A stretch of 64,000 nt of DNA, from contig JACPXM010000048.1 of NCBI GenBank assembly GCA_016196545.1, positions 19,690-83,689 on the forward strand, read 5' to 3'. The first letter of the stretch is position 1, and every line of letters begins with the position of its first letter. The position numbers and the translations under genes are program-made. The notes under the pieces are model-generated. The model had not been told where the DNA came from and did not search any database. It saw only the letters and a program-made list of their open reading frames with translations. Shown here one piece after another: positions 11,916-19,445 of the stretch. This DNA is from Candidatus Omnitrophota bacterium (lineage in GTDB: Bacteria; Omnitrophota; Omnitrophia; Omnitrophales; Aquincolibacteriaceae).

Positions 11916-11944
11916 TCTTTTATCTTTTTAATAAGTTTCTTCAT
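11876..11944 (-). CDS. Candidate micro-ORF, 22 codons, 9 Cys: [22 protein letters not shown]
   Basis: ATG 11944 is preceded by AGGGAGGTGA (GGAGG 7 nt upstream); TAA at 11878-11876. It overlaps the possible MIP ORF starts in another frame and lies downstream of the duplicated arsR-type promoter box. Confidence 0.35.
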   Translation of the reverse strand: MKKLIKKIKECCKECRCCKCCC

Positions 11945-11961
11945 TTCATCACCTCCCTTTG

Positions 11962-11982
11962 TATCTGCTTATCCAAATATAG
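11962..11982 (-). promoter_or_regulatory. Copy 2 of a 21-bp box (tatctgcttatccaaatatag) spanning the spacer of a weaker promoter-like unit (CTAACT...TACAAA) upstream of the micro-ORF/MIP ORF
   Basis: 19/21 identical to 12360-12380 and in the same orientation relative to the downstream gene. Confidence 0.5.
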
Positions 11983-11998
11983 TTAGCTAAAATAAAAC

Positions 11999-12349
11999 CT
12001 ACTTACAACAGGCTACTAAGCAATTTCTATTTTTGTTAAGAGCCTTCAGGTCTTTTCCAAGTTCGTTAGATTCTGAACGACAACAGGACACCGCTTTCAG
12101 CAATACTTCATAGAGCTTGGCGGTTTGACGTGATAGACGGTAATGCATCCATAGACCTTCTTTTCTTCCCTGCACCAATCCTGCCCGTCTTAAATAGGCT
12201 AGATGCCTTGAGATTTTAGACTGAGGCTCTTTTAAAACCTGCATGAGATCGCAAACACAAAGCTCCCCTTCGTTCAAAAGGTTTAATATTCTCAGGCGCG
12301 TCTCATCCGCTAAGGCATTGAATAAGTTCTTGGAATCTTTCAATTTCAT
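11999..12349 (-). CDS. arsR: ArsR/SmtB-family metalloregulator
   Basis: Canonical ELCVCDL metal-binding/HTH region and SRHLAYLRRAGL recognition helix, with a Cys-rich C-terminus (CC...CLVACCK). Start placed at ATG 12349, immediately downstream of a -10 box. Confidence 0.85.
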   Translation of the reverse strand: MKLKDSKNLFNALADETRLRILNLLNEGELCVCDLMQVLKEPQSKISRHLAYLRRAGLVQGRKEGLWMHYRLSRQTAKLYEVLLKAVSCCRSESNELGKDLKALNKNRNCLVACCK

Positions 12350-12355
12350 AGCTAA

Positions 12356-12384
12356 AGTATATCTGCTTATCCACATGTAGTCAA
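12356..12384 (-). promoter_or_regulatory. Sigma70-type promoter of arsR: TTGACT-N17-TATACT, only 6 nt before ATG 12349 (leaderless or near-leaderless mRNA); contains box copy 1 (12360-12380)
   Basis: Minus strand reads TTGACT (12384-12379), a 17-nt spacer, TATACT (12361-12356), then ttagct and ATG. Confidence 0.6.
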
Positions 12385-12395
12385 GCCTTTAAAAA

Positions 12396-12469
12396 TGCGC
12401 CCGACAGGAGTTGAACCTGTAACCCTTTGCTCCGAAGGCAAATGCTCTATCCAATTGAGCTACGGGCGC
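12396..12469 (-). tRNA. tRNA-Arg (anticodon TCG)
   Basis: Manual cloverleaf: GCGCCCG/CGGGCGC acceptor, anticodon loop CTTCGGA, T-loop GGTTCAACTCC. Confidence 0.9.
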
Positions 12470-12565
12470 ACGGAATATTGTTGCAACTTAAAAGTCGGCC
12501 CGCCACATGCCAACATTAGCAAGCCCGCCTGTGCCGGCAGTCCCGCGTTGCGGGACGGGCGCACG
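12470..12565 (-). repeat. Conserved tRNA-upstream module, copy 1 (ATATTCCGT abutting tRNA +1; hairpin GTCCCGC-AAC-GCGGGAC about 71-87 nt upstream)
   Basis: Alignable with 39662-39757. It shares ACGGAATAT, GCCAC and CAGTCCCGC...GGGACGGGC blocks at the same distances from the tRNA 5' end. Confidence 0.6.
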
Positions 12566-12658
12566 AAATGATATTTGCGGCAACAAGGTTTGACGGCCAT
12601 AATAATAAATTTTCAAAACCCATCATTGCCCGCCGTCCTTTAGGACGCAATTTCCGCG

Positions 12659-13624
12659 CTAGTCGACGTTCTCAAACACTACTGCAAGCGCACCGAGATC
12701 CCCAATACGGTCTTTTAATACCGAATGCTGGATTTTCACAACCTTGAAGGCCGTCGGCCAGCTGGCCTTTTTAACACTCTGCATCATTGCTTTCCAAAAA
12801 ATAGGGGGTGAAGATTTCCAGACCCCTCCTCCCAGCACAATCATACCTGGATTGATTAAATGCAAAAGATTTGAAATCCCAATTCCCAAATGAAACCCGG
12901 CTTCGCGGAAAATTTCGAGCGCAAGCCCATCGCCTTTTTTCGCCGCAAGACCGACTTCTTTAGCGCTAAAGGGCTTCCCATTGGGAACAAATGAAGGGAT
13001 CTTTGATTTTTTTCCCTTGCGAATGGCCTCCCGCGCCGCTTCGGCAATCGCGGTGCCTGAGGCGTAGGCCTCGAGGCAACCGTATTTTCCGCATTTGCAG
13101 CGCCTGCCCTGCGCAACAATCTTCATATGTCCGACTTCCCCAGCCGTATAACTTTCACCCTCGATAAGTTTCCCATTCGCGATAAGGCCACCTCCGATGC
13201 CGGTGGAAATAGTAAGGTAGACAAAATGCCTTTCCCTTTTCCCGTCGCCAAACATTTGTTCTCCAAGGGCCGCAGCATTCGCATCATTCATCATAAAAAC
13301 AGGAATGTGACAATGCTGTTTCACAATTCGCCGAAGCGGAATACCTGTCCAGCCCGTCATATGCGGAGATTTGGGGACAATGCCTCTTTTGGAATTAACA
13401 GGACCTGGAATTCCGATGCCTATCCCTGTGATTTGCGACCATTTAAGCGTTGATTCTTCCCGGACCAGATAATCAAGGTGTTGGAGAATATCCCTGACGG
13501 ATTGCTCGGCAAGAACCCCTTTTTGGGTGGGAAGCGTCTGGCAGGCCAAAATTTTCCCGCGGCGGTTGCCGAGTACAATGGAAATCTTTGTGCCCCCAAT
13601 ATCAATGCCAATGGCGTATTTCAT
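12659..13624 (-). CDS. glk: ROK-family sugar kinase (probable glucokinase)
   Basis: IGIDIGGTK ATP-binding N-terminus and the CxCGxxGCxE zinc motif (CKCGKYGCLEAYASG). Confidence 0.85.
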   Translation of the reverse strand: MKYAIGIDIGGTKISIVLGNRRGKILACQTLPTQKGVLAEQSVRDILQHLDYLVREESTLKWSQITGIGIGIPGPVNSKRGIVPKSPHMTGWTGIPLRRIVKQHCHIPVFMMNDANAAALGEQMFGDGKRERHFVYLTISTGIGGGLIANGKLIEGESYTAGEVGHMKIVAQGRRCKCGKYGCLEAYASGTAIAEAAREAIRKGKKSKIPSFVPNGKPFSAKEVGLAAKKGDGLALEIFREAGFHLGIGISNLLHLINPGMIVLGGGVWKSSPPIFWKAMMQSVKKASWPTAFKVVKIQHSVLKDRIGDLGALAVVFENVD

Positions 13625-13673
13625 CAGAGAACAGAGAACAGAAGACAGAATTCAGAAAACACAGAACAAAAAA
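13625..13673 (+). repeat. Tandem heptanucleotide repeat, 7 units (CAGARAA on plus; UUYUCUG in the glk 5' leader), abutting the glk ATG
   Basis: Read directly: cagagaa cagagaa cagaaga cagaatt cagaaaa cacagaa caaaaaa. Confidence 0.8.
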
Positions 13674-13826
13674 AACTGATGAAAGCTATTGTACGGAAGG
13701 AATCAACCATTAGGGAAATCTTAACCATCCTCGCGCTCTTCGCTAGAACCGAAGGTATCGTTTCTATGCCAAACAAATGCTTGTTCGTAATTTCTTTTCG
13801 AAAATCTGTCTCGCTCTTCTGAAAAA

Positions 13827-13898
13827 TGGCCGGGGACGGGATTGAACCGCCGACGCAGGGATTTTCAGTCCCTCGCTCTACCACTGAGCTACCCGGCC
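13827..13898 (-). tRNA. tRNA-Phe (anticodon GAA)
   Basis: Manual cloverleaf: GGCCGGG/CCCGGCC acceptor, anticodon loop CTGAAAA, T-loop GGTTCAATCC. Confidence 0.9.
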
Positions 13899-13922
13899 AT
13901 GTCAGAAGGAATTGAAGGGTTG

Positions 13923-13950
13923 ATTATAAAGAAGGTGTAAAGAAAGTCAA
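13923..13950 (-). promoter_or_regulatory. Sigma70-type promoter for tRNA-Phe: TTGACT-N16-TATAAT
   Basis: Minus strand reads TTGACT (13950-13945), a 16-nt spacer, then TATAAT (13928-13923), about 24 nt upstream of the tRNA 5' end. Confidence 0.65.
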
Positions 13951-13972
13951 AACCTTAGTATGGCGGGACTTT

Positions 13973-14476
13973 TTAACGGGCGCGGCGAAAAAAAGTATCA
14001 AGACTCCAAGGGGTACGCTTACGAAGATAAAGCTTTATGCAGATGAGAAAGTTTAAGAAATCCATTGCAAAAACCTGTCGGGGACTTAAATGAATGGGGC
14101 TATTGGCGCCAAAACAGCCGCAGTCTCCACCGCCTTCCAGCAAAACATTGCTGGATCCAAGGATCAGTAAAAAACCCAGTGTTACGGTACCGAGCACGGC
14201 CGCTGAGACCGTTTCCCAATACCCCAAAATAAGAAAAGTTCCGAACACGAGTTCGATCCAGGGCAGGATCAGAGCAATTGCCCCCACCCTCTCATAGGGA
14301 ATGACTTGATATTGAGCAATGACACCGCGGAAATTTTCGACCGGCTCAAGCAATTTGGAGAGGCCGGCATAAAAAAAAATGAGTCCCACCCAGATCCTGG
14401 CAAAAGTCCAGACAATCCGATAGGGGCGAGGGCCCCTCGGGATTCGGGATAAAGAGGGTTCGTTTACGGATTCCAT
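13973..14476 (-). CDS. MauE/DoxX-family integral membrane protein
   Basis: Four predicted TM segments, FYAGLSKLL DoxX/MauE-like helix and a CGCFG motif. 13-nt overlap with the upstream dsbA-like gene. Confidence 0.6.
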   Translation of the reverse strand: MESVNEPSLSRIPRGPRPYRIVWTFARIWVGLIFFYAGLSKLLEPVENFRGVIAQYQVIPYERVGAIALILPWIELVFGTFLILGYWETVSAAVLGTVTLGFLLILGSSNVLLEGGGDCGCFGANSPIHLSPRQVFAMDFLNFLICIKLYLRKRTPWSLDTFFRRAR

Positions 14477-15159
14477 TCGGGCGGATTTTGTGCGTTCACG
14501 GTTTGGGAAGGGGGCGCCTCGGATGCCTCCATGCCGAGAAATTTTTTAAGGATGAGAGGGCCTTTGGCCTGTAGTTCAATGGGACCTACCAAACGCTCCC
14601 CGTTAATAAACAAAGTCGGTGTGGAACTGACTTGGAGTTTTTGGCCAACAGCTTTTTCCTCCAAAATCCTTCGTTTCACCTTTTCACTGGAAAGACACTG
14701 AACAAAATCATCCAATTGAAGCCCCATTTCACCGGCGTCTCGCAAAAAGGTTTCGGCAGGATTCATGAGCTTCGACCAACTGCTTTGATTTTGATAAAGC
14801 ACGTCGTGGTATTCCCAGAATTTTCCCTGCTCATGGGCACATTCCGCGGCTTGATGAGCCATTGCGGCCCAACGGTGCGAGGGAAGGGGGAAATGATGGA
14901 ACACAATGCGGATTTTTTCCGGATATTCCGCGAGGAGCTTTGTGAGGACCGGCTGGGCGTCACGACATGCCGGGCATTGAAAATCGCTATATTCAATGAT
15001 TTCAACAGGAGCTTCCGCGGGCCCTTTGATTTTTTCTCCCGCACTTAAAACCGTTGAAGGCTTAAGGTTTGAAGGAGGCATTTTTTTCTTTAAAAAAAAG
15101 ACGCCGGTCGCTAAAATGAAAATAATAATAAGGCCTGTGAAAAGATAACGTGAATTCAT
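14464..15159 (-). CDS. DsbA-family thiol:disulfide oxidoreductase with N-terminal membrane anchor
   Basis: Thioredoxin-fold CPAC active site (EYSDFQCPACRD) and N-terminal TM helix. ATGA overlap with malQ. Confidence 0.8.
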   Translation of the reverse strand: MNSRYLFTGLIIIFILATGVFFLKKKMPPSNLKPSTVLSAGEKIKGPAEAPVEIIEYSDFQCPACRDAQPVLTKLLAEYPEKIRIVFHHFPLPSHRWAAMAHQAAECAHEQGKFWEYHDVLYQNQSSWSKLMNPAETFLRDAGEMGLQLDDFVQCLSSEKVKRRILEEKAVGQKLQVSSTPTLFINGERLVGPIELQAKGPLILKKFLGMEASEAPPSQTVNAQNPPEWNP

Positions 15160-17006
15160 AAACGCCCCGTTGTTTGATTGATTTCCCTAATTTTTAAATT
15201 GACCGCTAAATCCATCATCTCTTCCAACGCAACCGGAAAGGCCAGGGTCCAATTGTTCGGGGAAAGAATCCCGGGGAAGTTAATGCGATAATCCCACGCA
15301 TCCGGAGAAAAATTTTCGTCCATAGAAAACCAATCTTGAAGCAAATGAACGGAGAAAATGGACTGCGATTCACAGGCCCGGAGCAGCGCCTTTTTAGCAA
15401 ATTCCGGCGTCACATCGTCGGGACTTGATTCCATTCCTATAAAATTTAAATATTTTTCCTTTTCCCCGTAAGAGGCATGGTAAAGGTCTAAGAGATCATT
15501 TACCGATTGCATCGATCGCCCGATTTTCTCGCAAAAAATATCTTCATTTGCAATTTCCTTTCGCCACAGAAGACGTCCGTGGGCTGAATTTTCTAAATCA
15601 AAAAGCGCGGGAAAAAGTTTTTCGCAATTAAGCCCGTGCTCTTGAAATTTTCTTTTCATCATTTCTCCGTCAACAGTTCCCGCTTCAAAGCGCCACCACC
15701 CCTTAAGGGAAGTCGAGTCATGTGTTCCGAGCATGGAAACGGCGGCGGCCCGGTAGCCCTCCGAGCTCAAAAAATCATAAGTTTTTCCCCAGTCTTTCAT
15801 CCAGCGCTGAATTTCCATTCCGGGAATTCCGAATTCACGGAGCACACGCGACGAACATTCCGGAATAACCCCGAGGTCTTCTGCTGAGGCCAGCATGCTC
15901 GTATTTTCGACCAGAATCGAAAATAACTTGCGCCCATGGGCCTCCCAAAGTTCCTCCCCGGGGGGATCAAAATGTCCCTTCAGGCCTCCGTTTTCAAGAG
16001 ATTCCTCCACAGGAATTGTCCACAAACGGAATACTCCGACGGCATGATCGATGCGGATTAAATCATAAAAGTTTTCATAAAACCTAAGTTTTTCCTTAAT
16101 ATAGCGGAAGCCGTCCCGTTCCAGTGCCTGCCACTCGTAAGGGGGCATGCCCCATCTTTGCCCCTTGGCCATATAGGCGTCGGGGGGGGCGCCGGCCGCA
16201 AGATTTAGCTTAAAATAATTTGTATTCGCCCATACATCCGCACTGTCCCGTGAAACCAGAAACGGCATGTCCCCTAGGAAGTATTGATGCTGGGCGGCGG
16301 CATATCGCCTCGCATCCTCTAATTGCAGGGCAAGCTGCCACTGTAGCCACTGGTGAAATCGCAAAGACTGTTCGTATTGATCCTGAAGAATGCGCAGGGC
16401 CTTGGGATCCCGATTTTTAAATTCTGAAGGCCAGCTTTCCCAGCTCGATTCCTTGTGAATTTCTTTAAGGACCTTAAAAAGTGCATAATCAAGAATCCAG
16501 AAGGAGTTTTGTTTTACAAAAGATGAAAAGTCACCAATGTCATCCTTCGTCCGGTCCATCCGTGGGCCGTCCTCAGGATGACATAGGAAATTGGTACGAA
16601 AAATCTCAAAAAAAAGTTTCATTTTTTCTTTTTTAATTTTGTAATTGACGCGAAACCCTCCTAGGGGGAATTGCTTTCGAAGCCCCGAGATTTTCTGCCT
16701 AAAGGGGCGGAGGTCAACTCCCTGGAGCCTTTCGGGAGACAGGTACATGGGTTCCACTGCAAAACTGCTCGCAGCATCATAAGGTGTAAAATTAAATCCG
16801 ACATCATTGAGCGGAAGCAATTGAATCAGGCTGAAGCCAACCTTGGTGCACCAATCGACCAAAAGTTTCAAATCCGGAATTTCCCCGATGCCGACACTTT
16901 GTTGGGAATGCAGGGAAAATAGCGGGATAGCCATTCCGGATCGACGTTTTATCCCAAGACGTTGCCATTGACGGGCTGATCTCGTTGAAACTAAAAACTC
17001 GTACAC
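15156..17006 (-). CDS. malQ: 4-alpha-glucanotransferase (amylomaltase, GH77)
   Basis: GH77 signatures RIDHAVG, AEDLGVIP and LGTHDS. GTG start. Confidence 0.88.
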   Translation of the reverse strand: MYEFLVSTRSARQWQRLGIKRRSGMAIPLFSLHSQQSVGIGEIPDLKLLVDWCTKVGFSLIQLLPLNDVGFNFTPYDAASSFAVEPMYLSPERLQGVDLRPFRQKISGLRKQFPLGGFRVNYKIKKEKMKLFFEIFRTNFLCHPEDGPRMDRTKDDIGDFSSFVKQNSFWILDYALFKVLKEIHKESSWESWPSEFKNRDPKALRILQDQYEQSLRFHQWLQWQLALQLEDARRYAAAQHQYFLGDMPFLVSRDSADVWANTNYFKLNLAAGAPPDAYMAKGQRWGMPPYEWQALERDGFRYIKEKLRFYENFYDLIRIDHAVGVFRLWTIPVEESLENGGLKGHFDPPGEELWEAHGRKLFSILVENTSMLASAEDLGVIPECSSRVLREFGIPGMEIQRWMKDWGKTYDFLSSEGYRAAAVSMLGTHDSTSLKGWWRFEAGTVDGEMMKRKFQEHGLNCEKLFPALFDLENSAHGRLLWRKEIANEDIFCEKIGRSMQSVNDLLDLYHASYGEKEKYLNFIGMESSPDDVTPEFAKKALLRACESQSIFSVHLLQDWFSMDENFSPDAWDYRINFPGILSPNNWTLAFPVALEEMMDLAVNLKIREINQTTGRL

Positions 17007-17055
17007 GGAACCCTCTCTAGACCTCGGGGTTTAACCCTTGGGTTAAGGCAGTGAA

Positions 17056-18369
17056 TTACACAAGATAATTTTGGAATAAGACGGCGAAACCAAGAAAGGA
17101 AAATATTCCCATGACATCCGTGATGGTGGTCAAAATGATATTGGAACACTGGGCAGGATCAAGTCCAACGGATTTCATGGCAATCGGAATGAGCGCTCCG
17201 GCCAGCCCTGCCACCGCCATATTCACAATCATAGAAAACGTCAGGACAAGCCCCAAATAAGGATTTCCGTGCCAGGCCCAAGTTACCGCACCCGTCACAA
17301 CCCCGATAATGATTCCGTTCATGAGCCCCAGCCCCGTTTCCTTGGCAAGAAGCTTAAAAACCTTTTTCTGAGGAATTTCCCGCATCACAAGACCTCGCAT
17401 GACAACGGCCAGGGACTGGGCTCCGGCATTTCCCCCCTGCCCTGCAACCACCGGTAAGAAAACCGCGAGAATCGTAATCCGGGCGATCAAACTTTCAAAT
17501 AAGGCAACGGTCGCAGCCGCCAAAAAGGCCGTCGCCAGATTGATATGAAGCCAGGGAAGGCGCATACGCATGGAAAATCCGAGGGGCGAAAAAACCCTTT
17601 CATCACCTCCAGCCCCGAACATTTTCTGCAAATCTTCCGTGGCCTCTTCCTGAACATCTTGAATCATTTGTTCTGCGCGAATCACTCCCAAAAAGCGGTT
17701 CTGAGCGTCCACCACGGGCACGGCAAAAAAACGCCTTTTGCTGAGTTCCCTCGCAATTTGTTCCCGGTCCGTAAAGGCCTGAATAGAAAAAATGTCGCGT
17801 CGCATCACAGACTCAAGCCTTGCCTCGGCAGGGGCCATCAGCATGTCCCGCATATTCATCACCCCCACCAAATGGTTTTCTCGGTCCAACACATAGGCGT
17901 AGGAGGCCGGTGTTTTCTGGCGTGCCGATTGCCGGATTTTTGAAATCGCTTCCCGGACCGTAATGTCCGTGCGAAACGTCATTGCATCGGTGGACATGAT
18001 GCGGCCTGCACTGTCTTCAGGATAATTTAAAAAATCCCGAACTTCCCGTTTTGCCTTTTCGGTAAGCTGATTTAAGAATTCCTCTTTTTTATCCTCTGGA
18101 AGCCTTAAAAAAACCGAGGCGCCGAGGGCTGGCTCCAAATGACCGGCAATGAGAGCAGACAAAGCGGACGGCATGTTTTTCAAAAGCGAAGCTGCAAATT
18201 CTACCTGTAAATGAGGCATGGCCTGGGCCGCAAGAGAGGCCGGAATGGAAGAAAGCACCTCGACAGCCTCCTGGGTAGGCAGGGATTCCAGACTGTGAGC
18301 CGCCCGAGGCAGATCGGTTTCAAAATAACTACGGACGATGGGAAGTAATGAATTTTTTCGTGGACTCAT
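17056..18369 (-). CDS. mgtE: Magnesium transporter MgtE
   Basis: N-domain, tandem CBS and C-terminal 5-TM MgtE domain (GNAGxQS: GQGGNAGAQS). Confidence 0.9.
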   Translation of the reverse strand: MSPRKNSLLPIVRSYFETDLPRAAHSLESLPTQEAVEVLSSIPASLAAQAMPHLQVEFAASLLKNMPSALSALIAGHLEPALGASVFLRLPEDKKEEFLNQLTEKAKREVRDFLNYPEDSAGRIMSTDAMTFRTDITVREAISKIRQSARQKTPASYAYVLDRENHLVGVMNMRDMLMAPAEARLESVMRRDIFSIQAFTDREQIARELSKRRFFAVPVVDAQNRFLGVIRAEQMIQDVQEEATEDLQKMFGAGGDERVFSPLGFSMRMRLPWLHINLATAFLAAATVALFESLIARITILAVFLPVVAGQGGNAGAQSLAVVMRGLVMREIPQKKVFKLLAKETGLGLMNGIIIGVVTGAVTWAWHGNPYLGLVLTFSMIVNMAVAGLAGALIPIAMKSVGLDPAQCSNIILTTITDVMGIFSFLGFAVLFQNYLV

Positions 18370-18392
18370 AAGGCAATAATTTTCTGATTAAC

Positions 18393-19445
18393 TTAACAAA
18401 AGGGAAAACGAAGAGGGCCGCTTTGTTTGATTTTGAGACGTTTCTTAAGTCTCTCCACCAACTGCCTTTCCGCTTTTCGCCATTTTCTCTCGGAAACCTG
18501 ACGTCCCATGCAAAAGCTTCCTCCCGCAACCGTATCGTGACCGCCGGCCTCTCCCCGGCGGTCAGAGACACTCCGTAAAATCTCGCCAGCATTTGCGTTC
18601 ACTCGGGAAGCCCTTAGCGAAACATGCCCTCGGCCCTTAAAACGGCCGGTGACCAGAACCCAATTCGCACCTTGATAGGTTAAAAGAAAATCGGCGATTT
18701 GAGACACAAGATCGGGATTTTCTACAAAGCGTAAATGCGACACCACTAAATCCGAAAAAAGGTGGGCACGGTGTACCCCGCGCGCGAGGGTCTGAAAAAA
18801 CTTCTTAGAGCGACTTGGATTCTGAATTCGGGCAAGTGCTTTAAGATCGGAATGATGAAGGATGTCCAAATAAGTCTGAAGGACATCGGGCCGGTCGGCC
18901 CGATAAAGGTTCAGGGTGTCCGATAAAATGCCATAAACCAAGGCCGTGGCCACAGGGGAGGGAACCGGAATCTTTTTAAGCAAAAGGGCCTGCGCCAAAA
19001 GAACGCTCGTCGCTCCGCATTCGGTGTCTACGATCGAAAGACCCGCCCTCAGTTTTTTGACGGAGGTATGCTGGTCAATCACAATCGTTGGATTCACATC
19101 GGAGGGAAGAGAGTTATTTTGAAATCCGGGCTGAGTATCCAAAAGGGCAACATGCTTGAAGCGCTTAAAATCAGAGGGTTTTAATTTATGCACCGGCAAT
19201 TTTAGGATTTTTACCATTTGACGATTTTCCATACGCCCGATAATGCCACCGTAAACAATGTGAGAATCCACCCCAAAACCTTGTTGGGCGAGGTATTGAA
19301 GCGCGCAGGCGCTGGCCAGGGTGTCGGGGTCTGGGTAATCGTGCGTTAAAATCAAAAGCGGAGAAATTTTCTTTTTATTTCGGGAAAGAAACCGCAGAAT
19401 TTTTTGGGCATTCCTGCGGTATTTAGGCGACAATCGGAGCGGCAT
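18393..19445 (-). CDS. DHH/DHHA1-family phosphoesterase (NrnA/DhhP-like)
   Basis: Motif I THDYPDPDTLAS, motif III as IDQH (variant of DHH) and a DHHA1 GGH motif (GEAGGHDTVAGG). 23-nt overlap with the upstream GH57 gene. Confidence 0.7.
   Translation of the reverse strand: MPLRLSPKYRRNAQKILRFLSRNKKKISPLLILTHDYPDPDTLASACALQYLAQQGFGVDSHIVYGGIIGRMENRQMVKILKLPVHKLKPSDFKRFKHVALLDTQPGFQNNSLPSDVNPTIVIDQHTSVKKLRAGLSIVDTECGATSVLLAQALLLKKIPVPSPVATALVYGILSDTLNLYRADRPDVLQTYLDILHHSDLKALARIQNPSRSKKFFQTLARGVHRAHLFSDLVVSHLRFVENPDLVSQIADFLLTYQGANWVLVTGRFKGRGHVSLRASRVNANAGEILRSVSDRRGEAGGHDTVAGGSFCMGRQVSERKWRKAERQLVERLKKRLKIKQSGPLRFPFC

Noticed and set aside
13625-13673. Possibility that the short tandem repeats (here and at 28-62) are a CRISPR array.
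   Set aside because: The units are 7 nt with no spacers and no cas genes. These are microsatellite-type repeats.
13624-13884. ORFs overlapping tRNA genes (13624-13884, 9800-10045, 39255-39757 series).
   Set aside because: They run through tRNA-Phe, tRNA-Gly/Leu and tRNA-Met/Lys sequences and are artefacts of the six-frame scan.
18370-18392. Expected riboswitches: an M-box upstream of mgtE and yybP-ykoY upstream of terC.
   Set aside because: The upstream spacers are only 23 nt (mgtE) and negative (terC overlaps the preceding ORF), which leaves no room for a riboswitch.
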